Assembly (NCBI GenBank): GCA_009914755.4
Contig: CP086569.2
Span: 14,848,001 to 14,912,000 of the forward strand
Source: the human T2T-CHM13v2.0 reference genome, Homo sapiens
DNA: 64,000 nucleotides
Direction: 5' to 3'
Positions 50,430 through 62,281 of this stretch are shown one piece after another (position 1 is the first letter of the stretch; each line of letters starts with the position of its first letter). The notes beneath the pieces were generated by a model. The model worked only from the letters and a program-made list of their open reading frames with translations. It was not told the DNA's origin and ran no database searches. Position numbers and translations under genes: made by a program.

Positions 50430-53395
50430 AAGGCGGATATTGCCTGAGTTTGAGTCCCTCCTGAACAATAGACAAACGTCTCCAACTGGTTCACAGGTGT
50501 AGGTAGTGCGTTCTTTGTGGGGTGCTGGTGCCACCTTGACCCTGGAGCAGTAAATCCACTTGATGTTTGAGTTGAACAGCTGTCGGGGTCATAAGGAGAA
50601 CTTGGTATGGTCCAGTCCACGCTGGCTCCAGTGGCTTTTTGTCCTGTGGGAGAGTTTTAAGATATACCTAGTCTTCAGGCATAAGGTTAGGGTGAGTGTT
50701 TCCTGAAAAAGAGGGGCCAGGTGTTGGGCTATGAAGACTTTGATAATGATTGATGGCCTTGATGGTTTGTCCCAGGGACATAACATACTGTATGAGATAA
50801 TGTCTCTTTGGGTCTAACAAAAGGTCAGTTTGGAAGAAAGATCTTCCAAAGAGATTCCAAAGAGAATCTCGAAAGGGCTAGATGGGCTTCACATTTTGCG
50901 GTGATACAGGCTCTTAAGAGTACAATGGGGGGCAAAGTTGACCATAACTGTTGGGTTTCATGTGTTAACTTTGTGAGGTGCTTTTTCTGGTTTGATTGGC
51001 TGTCTCCGCCTTCCCAGAAGATTGTGGACGTCAAGACGCATGCAGATAATATTTGATCTGGAGAGCTTCACTGATTCTCTGAAAAAAACAAAAAAATTAT
51101 TTTTTTCTTTTTTCTTTTTTTTTTTTTTTTTTTGACAGATTCTCATCTCACACTGTTGTTCAGGCCCAGGCTGGAGTGCAGTGTCACCATCTCGGTTCAC
51201 TATAACATCCACCTCCTCGGTTCAAGTGCTTCTCTTGCCCCAGCCTCCCGAGTAGCTGGGATTACAAGTGTGCACCACCAGAGCTGGCTAAGTTTTGTAG
51301 TGTTCGTAGAGAAAAAATGAAATGAAATTTCATGAGAACCAAAAATCAAGTGAACACCCATCGTACCTGGTTTTACCTTCACGTAGCTTGATATGGTTTG
51401 GCTGTGTCTCCACCGAAATGTCAACTTGACTTGTATCTCTCAGAATTCTGACGCGTTATGGGAGGGACCTAGGGTCCCTCATTTTAAGAAATGAAAGTGG
51501 GGCCATTGTCTGACTGTAGGGCATGAGGGAGCCTAAAACAAGGAAGAATGCGGTCTAAAAGGGCTGAGGTGACTTCTGAGGCCCATGCAGTTTTGGCGGG
51601 AAGGGCCTTTATCCATCCAGTGAAGGTGTCTACAAAGACTAACAAATACCTGACTAACAAATACACACATTGCATGATGCATGTGTGTAAAATATATTTG
51701 CCAGTCTTCTCGGGGTAGGGTTCCTCTCTTAGAATGGGTTGAAGGATTTGGGGAGGTTTGTGTCCTCCCTCTGGGTTTATTTGGCCTCAGGTGGGACATG
51801 CCTGTGAGATGGCTCATAGAGCTTGGGCTATCCCCGTGCTGGTGAACAGTGACTTTATTAGATCTTGGAAGGCCTTAGCCCCTAGATGAGTTGATTGGTA
51901 TACGCTATTTAGAAACTTCAATTGTGAGGCTCCTGGGAGCAAGAGTTTGCCATTAGGACTTTTTAGCCAGCCCTCTGAGGTATGGGAGAAACCTCTTTCT
52001 AGAGCTTTTTGGGCTTCCCCCTCTTTATAGTGTGGAGACAGGGAAGTTAGGCTAGGAATGAAGACAGCCTGAAAGGGTGACCTGGCAGCCACTTTTACTT
52101 ATTTGTCAGCCCAGGTGTTCCCGATAGAGATTTCATCATTGCTTCTCTGATGGGCTTTGCAGTGAATGATAGTGACCTGTGGGGGAAGCATAGCTGCCTC
52201 CAACGGGGCCATGATTTCAGGAACACATTTAATGGAAGTATTTCAGGCCATTAAAAGTCCTCTTTCCTGCCAAATGGCTGCATGGGCATGCACTGCATGA
52301 TAGACATAGGCTGAGTCTGTGTAAATATTAAGCCTCAGGCCTGCCCCTAATTGTAAGGCACAGGTAAGAGCAATGAGCTCAGCCTTTTGGGCTGAGGTGC
52401 TACTTCCTGGCAGAGGTCCAGATTCTGTGATTTCAGTTAGGTTAATAGTAGCATACCCTGACAGTTGGGTTCCACCTATCATAAAGCTACTGCCATCTGT
52501 GTACCGTGTGGCCTCTGAATCTATAAGGGGAATATCCTGGAGGTCTGGTCTAACATTACAGGTTAGATCTATGGTTTCCAAGCAAGAATGTTAAAGTGGC
52601 CTCTCCACATTTGGGTTTGGTAACAGCATGCCAGCATTAAGGGTTGGCAGAGCCTAATACTCAATTCTGGTACCTGTAGAAGGAGTGTTGGAAATTTGCT
52701 TATATGGCTCTGTGAGATCCAGTGAAAGGCCTTTGAGTTTAGGACATTCATTACTTGATGTGGGGTGTAGACAGTTATTGCTTGGCCCAGAATTAGCTCG
52801 GAGGCCTCCACAACCAGGAGAGCCACACACACTAGCACTCAGAGGCATGGCAGCCATCCCCATGCCTTTTTTTTGACAAGTAACTAGCTGGCCACTGGGA
52901 GGGTCCCAGTGGCTGAGTGAGGACTCCAAGGGCTGTATCCCTTCTCTCAACTATGAACAAGTAAAGATGCTTTGTAAGATCTGGCAAGGCCAGGGCGTGG
53001 GCTTGTTTGAGGGTTTTTAGAACACTGTCCATTTCAAGGCTCCAATTTAAGAGCTCCCCCCCGCCGATCCTTGCAGTGCCCCATAAAGAGGTTTTGCTAT
53101 AAGTCCTAACCGGGTTGTCCAAATGTGACAGAAACCTACCATTCGAAGAAAGGACTACAACTGATGTTTAGTGGATGGAATGTCCACGTTTAGCATAAGA
53201 TTTTTGCGGTGGTCTGAGAGATCCTTGGGCCCTGGGATGAATGTTAGTCTCAAGAATCAAACCTCCTGAGAGAAGATTTGAGCTTTGGAAGGAGACACTT
53301 TATACCCACAAGGAGCCAATGTCCAAAGAGTTGTAATAGTATTTAGGTCTGAGGCATTTTTGGTTGGATTGCAAATAAGCGGTTATCAACATATT
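50430..53395 (-). mobile_element. Class I (gamma-retrovirus-like) endogenous retrovirus pol remnant: RT C-terminus/connection, RNase H, integrase
   Basis: Minus-strand ORFs: 52832..53122 (...ALALPDLTKHLYLFIVERRDTALGVLTQPLGP..PASYLSKK, RT thumb/connection, compare MLV [43 protein letters not shown]). 52243..52581 (TDGSS...[27 protein letters not shown], RNase H). 51814..52092 and 51484..51675 (VDTFTGWIKALPAKT...LQSDNGPTFIS, integrase DDE core, compare MLV IDTFSGWIEAFPTKKET...LGTDNGPAFVS). 50825..51034 (HLTKLTHETQQLWSTLPPIVLLRA, compare [25 protein letters not shown]). The remnant is truncated at 53395 by an Alu and at 50430 by the THE1 fragment. It contains a 400-bp foreign insert at 51085..51478. 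Confidence 0.8.
51085..51478. repeat. Chimeric ~400-bp segment (truncated antisense Alu + 60-bp unique + THE1 LTR 5' 90 bp), a ~94%-identical paralog of 48736..48960 plus 50160..50320
   Basis: The two Alus share unusual diagnostic changes (gttgttcaggcccaggctggagtgcagtgtcaccatctc; gattacaagtgtgcaccacca). The block tcatgagaaccaaaaatcaagtgaacacccat[a/c]gtacctggtttta[a/c]cttcacgtagcttgatatggtttggctgtgtc is present at both 50162 and 51329. Confidence 0.85.
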
Positions 53396-53396
53396 G

Positions 53397-53650
53397 AAGG
53401 ACTGCTTGAAGCTAGGAGTTTGAGACCAGCCTGGACAACCTAGTGAGACCCCTTCACTACAAAAAAAGTATTATAAGCTGCAGGTGGATGCACTTACCTT
53501 TGGTCCCAGCTTCTTGGCAGGCTAAGGTGGGAATGTCGCTTGGGCCCAGAAAGTAGAAGCTGCAGTGGGCTATGACCATGCCACTGCTCTCCAGCCTGGA
53601 TGGCAGAGTGAGAGCTTGTGTCAAAACAAACAAAGAAACAAACAAAAACC
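53397..53650 (+). mobile_element. Alu, 3' ~two-thirds (5'-truncated)
   Basis: ggactgcttgaagctaggagtttgagaccagcctggacaacctagtgagaccccttcactacaaaaaaag...gcagtgggctatgaccatgccactgctctccagcctggatggcagagtgagagcttgtgtcaaaacaaacaaag. Confidence 0.85.
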
Positions 53651-54179
53651 TGCAAGCCCTGTGCTAGCCACTTTATGGATATATAAAGGTATATGCATAT
53701 GCAGAGGGTAGAGAATCTTCACAACAAAGGGAGTAGGTAGGAATTTTTTTTATATTTCAAATAAAGAATAATCTCATTTCACATAAAGATACTTGAATTT
53801 CAGGAGCTTAAAGAACTTGCTGAAAGTTACAAATTAATTATGTGACAAGGTTGGAATCTGAACTTCTCTTTCACCACTACTACTATATAGCTTCCCGGGT
53901 TTATAGTAGTAATTAAATCACGGAGGGAAATAAGTAAAATTGGCCAATGAAAGGGAAGCAGCACAGGTATAAATAAACTTACCTGTCATAAAGTCCTCCT
54001 TCTTATCATGCAATGTCCTGCCTAACATGTTGACGTAAATAAGGTCCATGTCCATTATTAGCTCAACAAGTTAAATGATTCATTTTATTTTCCTTTGACG
54101 GCTTTTTCAAAAGGAAAAAAAGTGGGCTAGCACAGAATGTGTTGTAATCATGAGTATAGACTAGGAGATTCTTTGTTTC

Positions 54180-54181
<2 letters not shown>

Positions 54182-54211
<30 letters not shown>

Positions 54212-54474
54212 CCTGAGACGGCATCTCGCTCTGTCGCCCAGGCTGGAGTGCAGTGGCATGATCTCGGCTCACTGCAAGCTCTGCCTCCCGGGTAGCTGGG
54301 ACTACAGGCACCCGCCACCACGCCCGGCTAATATTTTTGTATTTTTAGCAGAGACAGGGTTTCACCCTGTTAGCCAGGATGGTCTGGATCTCCTGACCTC
54401 GTGATCCGCCCACCTCGGCCTCCCAAAGTGCTGGGATTACAGGCATGAGCCATTGCGCCCGGCCAGAATAGGAG
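54182..54474 (-). mobile_element. Alu, antisense, with a ~15-bp TSD taggagattctttgt
   Basis: (t)30 cctgagacggcatctcgctctgtcgcccaggctggagtgcagtggcatgatctcggctcactgcaagctctgcctcccgggtagctgggactacagg (internal deletion) ... ggcctcccaaagtgctgggattacaggcatgagccattgcgcccggcc. The flanks are gactaggagattctttgtttcag / agaataggagattctttgtaaatg. Confidence 0.9.
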
Positions 54475-55436
54475 ATTCTTTGTAAATGAGTATATGTGTT
54501 TAAGAAATACATTCATATGGTTATGTTGAGGCAGATGCCACATATCCACACAAACCACATTAGCATCTGCAGTTTTCAAATTTCAGAAATAGTTTTCACG
54601 CACACATGTAAAAATATAAAAGCATTCATGAACACATTACCTATTTCAGTAATACATATTTCAATACATAAATGATTTAGCTTATCAACAAATTAATTTA
54701 TAAGTGTGATAAAGAACAGAAGACACAAGAATTTATGCAGCATTGAAAGTCTTTGGTCACTGGGTGTCATGATGTTCCCCTGTAGTGATTAACCTTTCAG
54801 CAATAAAAGATCCTGAATTTTTGGAGAGGAACACTTCAGTGTTACATGGATTAGCATTGTCAATAGAAAGTTTTATTAAAATATGCCACAGTTTTTTCTC
54901 AGATTATTATGTCATATTTAAACCACATTATTAATGTAGCTTTTTACCTGAAACTGACCAAGAAATATTAGATGTTCAGATATTTAAATAACAAAGGAAT
55001 ACACAATTCTGTCGGTCATCTTCAAGTTTTATTGTATCCAGGTTAAATCTGAAGAATTTGTACAGTGTATTGATGTGTGTGCCTGGGTACATTTTTGGAA
55101 GAACTCTTGGTTATACAGAATTTCCACTGTACAGAAGTTAGCCCTAGATATAATTATTGTGTCTTAGTGTCCAGCTGCTTTTACCCATGCCTTGTGTGTG
55201 CATACCTGATAGCAGATGTATTCTAAAACTGCAACCACTAATCAGAACCAGATACCTATGTTTTTTTCTCTTTGAATATGCTCCACTCTGCCAAGTTCGA
55301 TGGAAGTGAGTGGTTGTGACAATTCAAAACAGTTGTGCCTGTTCTACAACACAAATGCTGCTGAACTTGGAGAAAAGACCTGTGCAGACAGAATGAGAAG
55401 ACTTAGTCAGTTGCTCTAAGAACGTCATTGGAAAGT

Positions 55437-55552
55437 TTTTCTTTCTTTTCTTTTCTTTTCTTTTCTTTTCTTTTCTTTTCTTTTCTTTTCTTTTCTTTTC
55501 TTTTCTTTTCTTTTCTTTCTTTTCTTTTCTTTTCTTTTCTTTTCTTTCTATT
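55437..55552. repeat. (CTTTT)n pentanucleotide repeat, about 22 units
   Basis: ttttctttcttttcttttcttttc... over ~115 bp. Confidence 0.95.
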
Positions 55553-55829
55553 TATTTTGAAGGCTAGTTATTGACTAAGTTGTAAAGGTGAATCTGATAA
55601 ACTGGCTGACTAGTTTAGAGGTCAATATTTAAACCATGGAATTGAATCCGTAGAGGGCAAGAGTTGGAAAAGATGAAAATAGGTTCATGGGACAGTTATA
55701 TTTTATTTTTGTTGTTTTTGAAACTGAATCTGGAAAATATCCAAGTTATGTTTCAATATATGACACTACATCTTTAAATGACAATTTTGGCGTATATTGT
55801 TATGGCCATTTCATAAATTGCTTTTTATT

Positions 55830-55898
55830 AAACTGGTGCAAAGGTAATTGTGGTTTTTGCCGTTACTTTCAGACCTCAATTACTTTTGCAGCAACCTC
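55830..55898. mobile_element. MADE1-like mariner MITE (degenerate)
   Basis: aactggtgcaaaggtaattgtggtttttgccgttactttcagacctcaattacttttgcagcaacct, compared with the MADE1 consensus ggtgcaaaagtaattgcggtttttgccatt...aattacttttgcaccaacct. Confidence 0.7.
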
Positions 55899-56897
55899 TT
55901 ACCAGTCGTAAGAACATCCTTGCTTTTAACATAAAGGGATTGGTGAAGTTACCATGATTCTCACTTAAGAATTACTGAGAAAAATGCAGCAGCAGGGGTT
56001 AGCAAAAACTATTTGTTAATTGAAGGCCTGTGTTTATTTGAATGAAAGGATTTTTCATTTAAATTATAAAAACAGAGCAAGTTCCTAGTTATATCAAATC
56101 CATGTTCAATTTCATTCACAGAGATGGTGACAAAACAAGAGTAAATGAACAATGTCAGAATCAAAAGATACTCTGCCTGGAAAGAACTTGCAATGGAATT
56201 TTTTAAAAACGAGATTAAAACAGATAGAAATATGTTTATAATTCATTAAATATTTTAAAGTACTTGCTGTTTTAATGAAACTGAACAACAAAGACCCTGT
56301 CCTTAGTGAGCCTGCAAGCTAGTGGGGGACTCCAATAATAATCAGACTATCACAAAATATGTTTTGTACATGTCACATAAACCAAGAACGAAGCAGTATT
56401 TACAAGATTTCCAAATATTCATATGCTGAGAATGTGTAAATGCTGTAAACCGCAATATAAAGGCACACGTTATTTAACAGAATACACTATATTTCCCCTC
56501 TTCAATAAATATCTAAATACAAATGTAAATGTTAGAGTCATGTAATCCATGTACATATAATTCCCTTTCCATTTATTCACTCATATTATTGAAGCTTGGG
56601 ATGCATAACTTTTAAAAACATGGATAATAACATAGGAAGGGTTATTTGATAGCCAGTAACTATGTCTGTTCCTACTTGAACGGAAGTTCAGCAACATTCA
56701 GTGGCAAGACATACGCTCAAAAAAATGTACAAATGATTAACAGTGTACATTATGTAGTTGACAAAAATTGAAGAAATAAGGGGGAAGAAAAGAAAAAGAA
56801 TACCCATCTCTCCTTTCTCCAGTGGTTTTACTGTGGTAGAGTATGTATACCACTTAATTCACTCATTTAAAGTGCACAGTTCTGTGGGTTTGGTATT

Positions 56898-57283
56898 GTG
56901 TTAGTCTTGTTTTCACACTGCTATAAAGAAATACCATAATTTATAAAGAAATGTATAAAATTATAATTTACAAAGGAAAGAGGTTTAATTGACTCACAGT
57001 TCTGCATGGCTAGGGAGGCCTCGGGAAATTTACAATCATGGTGGAAGGCAAAGAAGTGTGGACCTTCTCCACATGGTAACAGGAGAGAAAAGACTGAGTG
57101 AAGGAGAAACTTGCCAAAATCTTATAAAACCATCAGATCTAGTGATAACTTACTATCATGCAACCAGCATGGGGGAAACTGTCCCCATGATCCAATCACC
57201 TCCCACTATGTTCTCCCCTCAACACCTAGGGATTACAATTCAAGATGAGATTTTGGTGAGTACACAAAGACTTACCACATCAG
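56898..57283 (-). mobile_element. THE1/MST-family MaLR LTR (antisense) inserted in an old L1 3' end (56800..57700, antisense)
   Basis: tgtgttagtcttgttttcacactgctataaagaaatacc...aaggaaagaggtttaattgactcacagttctgcatggctagggaggcctcgggaaatttacaatcatggtggaaggcaaag ... cctagggattacaattcaagatgagattttggtg. The flanks are L1-3'-end antisense: aaagtgcacagttctgtgggtttggtattgtg upstream, and ...cgcagccccgggcaaccactaatttactttgtttctattgacttctc downstream. Confidence 0.85.
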
Positions 57284-59030
57284 GTGTATTCACAGACATT
57301 GTGAATATTACCATGGTCAATGGTAGAATATTTTTATCATGTCAGAAAGAAATCCCATCTCTTTTAGCCAACATCCCCAGTGATCCTAGCCTTCTCGCAG
57401 CCCCGGGCAACCACTAATTTACTTTGTTTCTATTGACTTCTCTATTCAAAATATTTCATATGAATGTAATAATACACTATGTGGCCTTTTTGTGCATTGC
57501 TTCTATTAGTCTGGATACTGGTTTTAGGTCCATCCATCTTATGGCATCTGTCAGTAGTTCATTCCTTTGTGGCTAAAAAGTGATGATTATATAGTTACAC
57601 GATATTTTGTTAATGGGCATTTGGGTTGTTTCCAATCATTAGTTATTACGAAGTACCTCCCTTATTCAGTGGTAAGATATCTTTATGGTAATAATTTTAA
57701 ATGAAAACATTTTATATTAGTGTCTAAACTCTATGGTGTGGATAAATTGAACATCATTTTTTCTTGAGTCATGCGGTTTTATTGGGGTTGACTTGGTACC
57801 CCCTTAAAAACATATATGCATAACTTTGAAACAATAATTTTTATATATATATATAATTTGGAGATGACGTGCTACTCATATATTATTTCGAAGCAGTCAA
57901 AAACCTACAAAAAATTTCAGTATGGAATGTAAATAGCTTTCTTTTTTCCTAAGACATCTGAGGGTAAGTTTCCAATCGGATACCTCATATCCTGAATATT
58001 TTAGCATGCATTTCCCCAGAAGAGGATTATTATACACAGAAACAGTCAAGACCTAAAAATCAAGAAATGGGCACTGATGTATTTCTACCTTCTAATGGTC
58101 AGACTGCCTTTAAATGCCTTGAGGCAGAAGGAGCCAGTTAGAATTATGCACTGCCATGAGTTTTCATGTCTCTTAGTCTCCTTCAGTCTGATTCCTCATC
58201 TTTCTTTGACTTTCCTGGTTGTAGCACAATTAAAGCGTAGCAGCCAGTTATTTCACAGACTGTCCCTCCATTTGGGTTTGTCTGCTATTTCATCCTGATT
58301 ATGTCTGGACTGCAAATATTTGCCAGAGTTAGTGCAGGGGTGAGGCCCTCTTCTTGACTTCGCATTCTGTCACATTCTAAGCGAATAATTTTCAATTTGT
58401 CCTATTATTGATGAGGATTTGATTAAAATGTTCCCCAGTTTTAACACTCTTATTTTAAACCCTATGAAATCTTTGCTGTATGCTAGCTCAATGAGCAACC
58501 AAGACTAGATTCTATGATAAAATAATTCTATCAAAATTTTAGACATGAGAAACATCAGTTCCTCTTTTAACATATGACAAGTACTCCTAATATCTAGAAA
58601 GTAGACTGACCCCTTACTCATTTGTCATGTAGATTCCACTATTAATTTTGAAATCCATATGGCATTTTATAGGAAATTGAATAAAACTCAAATGTTTCTG
58701 ATTAAGTTTTGCTTAACTCTTGAATATTTTCTTTCCTGAAAACTCATTAAACTGAGATGCCTTTGTAAGAACTTCTTGACTGTGTGTTTTGGAAAACAGA
58801 AGCCACATACTGGAAAAATGTATAAACAATATTACTTTCTAGAAAACTCTGATTCAGAATATAAACAGTATACCTTCACGTTCATAAATTCTACTGTGTT
58901 CAGTTTACTAGTTTTCTGGTTGTTCTTATTCCACATTCAGTTTATTCATATTTATGTAGAATATTTCAGAATAAGTAACATTTAATTTTAAAGAATATAC
59001 TTCACAAGGTATTTTCTGATGTTTTAAACT

Positions 59031-60280
59031 TTTTTTAAAAAATTTTTTAGTATCTATTGATCATTCTTGGGTGTTTCTCAGAGAGGGGGATTTGGCAGGG
59101 TCATAGGACAATAGTGGAGAGAAGGTCAGCAGATAAACATATGAACAAAGGTCTCTGGTTTTCCTAGGCAGAGGACCCTGCGGGCTTCCGCAGTGTTTGT
59201 GCACCTGGGTACTTGAGATTAGGGAGTGGTGATGACTCTTAACGAGCATGCCACCTTCAAGCATCTGTTTAACAAAGCACATCTTGCACCGCCCTTAATC
59301 CATTTAACCCTGAGTGGACACAGCACCTGTTTCAGAGAGCACGGGGTTGGGGGTAAGGTCATAGATTAACAGCATCCCAAGGCAGAAGAATTTTTCTTAG
59401 TACAGAAGAACAAAATGAAGTCCCCTATGTCTACTTCTTTTTACACAGACACAGTAACAATCTGATCTCTCTTTCTTTTCCCCACATTTCCCCCTTTTCT
59501 ATTCGACAAAACCGCCATCGTCATCATGGCCCGTTTTCAATGGGCTGTTGGGTACACCTCCCAGATGGGGTGGCCGCCGGGCAGAGGGGCTCCTCACTTC
59601 TCAGACGGGGTGGCCGGGCGGAGATGCTCCTCACCTCCCAGACGGGGTGGCGGTGGGGCAGAGACACTCCTCACTTCCTAGACGGGGTGGCGGCCGGGAA
59701 GAGGCGCTCCTCACTTCCCAGACTGGGCGGCCGGGCAGAGGGGCTCCTCACATCCCAGACGATGGGTGGCCAGGCAGAGATGCTCCTCACTTCCTAGACC
59801 GGGTGGCTGCCGGGCAGAGGCTGCAATCTCAGCACTTCGGGAGGCCAAGGCAGGCGGCTGGGAGGTGGGGGTTGTAGCGAGCCAAGATCATGCCACTGCA
59901 CTCCAGCCTGGGCAACATTGAGCACTGAGTGAGCGAGACTCCGTCTGCAACCCCGGCACCTCGGGAGGCCGAGGCGGGCAGATCACTCCAGGTCAGGAGC
60001 TGGAGACCAGCCCGGCAAACACGGGGAAACCCGGTCTCCACCAAAAAATACAAAAACCAGTCAGGCGTGGCGGCGCGTGCCTGCAATCCCAGGCACTCAG
60101 CAGGCTGAGGCAGGAGAATCAGGCAGGGAGGTTGCAGTGAGCCGAGATGGCGGCAGTACAGTCCAGCCTTGGCAACAGAAGGAGACTGTGGAAAGCGGGA
60201 GACAGAGATGAGGGAGAGGGGGAGACCGTGGAAAGCGGGAGAAGGAGATGACGGAGAGGAGGGAGAGGGAGAGGGAGAGC
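59031..60280 (-). mobile_element. SVA-type composite retrotransposon (antisense) with a short VNTR region and an internal SINE-R deletion
   Basis: The + strand reads, in order: a poly-T tract; the reverse complement of the SINE-R end (tatctattgatcattcttgggtgtttctcagagaggggg...cctaggcagaggaccctgcgggcttccgcagtgtttgtgcacctgggtacttgagattagggagtggtgatgactcttaa...cccctatgtctacttctttttacacagacacagtaacaatctgatctctctttcttttcccc...cgtcatcatggcccgttttcaatgggctgttgggtacacc); about seven ~37-bp units (cctcac[t/c]tcccagacggggtggc.gccgggcagagg.gct); the Alu-like region as sense Alu (gcaatctcagcacttcgggaggccaaggcaggcggctgggaggtggggg...); and an antisense CCCTCT-hexamer region (gagggagagggagagggagag) at 60180-60280. 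Confidence 0.75.
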
Positions 60281-61016
60281 CATCTCTTTTAGGCATTAAA
60301 CTTGTTTTATCCACAGAAGACACACACTCAAAGTAAATTGTGTGTTTTCAACCTCAGCATTACTGAAATGTGTACTGGATTGTCTTTGTCCTGAGAGGGC
60401 TGTCTTCTGCATCATAGGATGTTAGCAGAATCTCTGGCACCTACCAACTAAATGCCAGTTGCACCCCCACCCTCAATCCTGACAAACAAAAATTTCTCCA
60501 AACATTGTCAAATACCCTTCTGGGGTATGGAGCTGGGGTGTGTGTGTGTAAAATTGTCCCTGGTTAAGAACAACTGAAGGAAATTTTAGAGTATTTACAT
60601 AATTTTAAAGACTTCCAATTAAGTAAACATGGATGCAATTATAGATTATAATAGATTTCTAGTAGGGTAGAATTGTCAACATTTACATTATTAGAAGTAT
60701 TAGGTGTTACAAATGTCAGGAGAAAAGACCAGATAGGGTTACATTTTAAATATTTCTGAAGATATATTTTATAGCATAATATATATTAAAATAGATGATA
60801 CGGGACTAAGCATTATTGTTAAATTCAATCATAGTTTGGACAAAATGTAGTCCTTTTTCATGTCAGTTAAGCAAGTTGACTCATCTATGAATAGATTTTG
60901 ACAAGATTTCTTGTCAAATACAAGAATGAATCCTATGGGACTGCAGTCATCAAGATTGCAGTTGTTATAACTGGTCAAAAAAACACTCATTCCAGATAAG
61001 AATTTCAGTGGGAATA

Positions 61017-61213
61017 TGTGTGTGTGTGTGTGTGTGTGTGTATGTATATTTATATACATATAAATATATATAAATATATACACATATAAATATATATAAA
61101 TATATACACATATAAATATATATAAATATATACACATATAAATATATATAAATATATACACATATAAATATATAAATATATGCATATAAATATATAAATA
61201 TATATACATATAA

Positions 61214-61246
<33 letters not shown>

Positions 61247-61453
61247 AATATATATACTTATACACATATAAATATATATAATTATACACATATAAATATA
61301 TATAATTATACACATATAAATATATATAAATATATGTAAATATATATATTCATATACATATAAATATATGTAAATATATATTCATATACATATAAATATA
61401 TATTCATATACATATAAATATATAAATATTATATATATATATATATATTTTAT
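61017..61453. repeat. (GT)n followed by an AT-rich minisatellite of ~26-bp units (catataaatatatataaatatataca)n, about 15 copies
   Basis: gtgtgtgtgtgtgtgtgtgtgtatgtatatttatatacatataaatatatataaatatatacacatataaatatatataaatatatacacat... The ORFs '[11 protein letters not shown]' are artefacts. Confidence 0.95.
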
Positions 61454-61957
61454 ACTCTAGGCGGCTTACATCAAATCAAGACTTGCTGGAGCTATATTGT
61501 AATGTGCCCAGTGCATATATACATTTTTTCAATCCTTTTCTATCAGATTGCCAGTGTGCATATTGAATTCTAAGCAACTTCAAATAATTCGATATGGGTG
61601 TATATTAACTACAAATATCCTATTTTTGGCAAACAAAGTCTTTTTACTGAATTTTCTGTGGGTGGTAGGGAGAGTTAGGAAATATAATTTCACACAATAT
61701 CTACTGGGTTAGTGGTTAGGTCAAAAAATTAAGCATAAGCAAAACCGGGTGCTTCGAAAGGATGGCAAAACATATTTGATGTGTTTTTTTGCCCATTTTG
61801 CAGGTATTTGTTTTATGACTGCTATTGAAATGCTTTCATTAATATTTTCTGGCAAAGCAAACACTTTGTTTTGGCAACATTTACTTGGCTTCTAAGGTTG
61901 CTATTATTCAATTGTTCGCTTAATAGAGGAAAAAACTGCTTCAGAGGTGCCTGATGG

Positions 61958-62281
61958 TATTTATTTATTTATTTATTTATTTATTCATTTATTTATTTAT
62001 TTTTGAGATGGAGTCTCACTCTGTTGCCAGGCTGGAGGGCAGTGGCATGATTTCAACTCACTGCAACCTCTGCCTCCCGTGTTCAGGCAATTCTCCTGTC
62101 CCAGCCTCCTGCGTAGCTAGGACTATAGGCATGTGCCACCATGCCCAGCTAATTTTTGTATATTTAGTAGAAACAGGGTTTCACCATGTTGGCCAGGATT
62201 GTCTGGATCTCTTGACCGCATGATCCACCCACCTCGGCCCCTTAAAGTGATGTGCTTACAGGTGTGAGCCACCGCGCCCAG
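61958..62281 (-). mobile_element. Alu, antisense, with (TTTA)n head
   Basis: (ttta)11 tttttgagatggagtctcactctgttgccaggctggagggcagtggcatgatttcaactcactgcaacctctgcctcccgtgttcaggcaattctcctg ... gtgtgagccaccgcgcccag. Confidence 0.9.

Noticed and set aside
59540-60323. ORFs of 85, 109 and 164 aa within the SVA element
   Set aside because: The GC-rich VNTR-like units and Alu-like region of SVA are stop-poor. There is no evidence of coding function.
60829-61315. Three overlapping minus-strand ORFs (87-126 aa; '[14 protein letters not shown]...')
   Set aside because: They translate the AT-rich 26-bp tandem repeat plus (GT)n. This is a low-complexity artefact.
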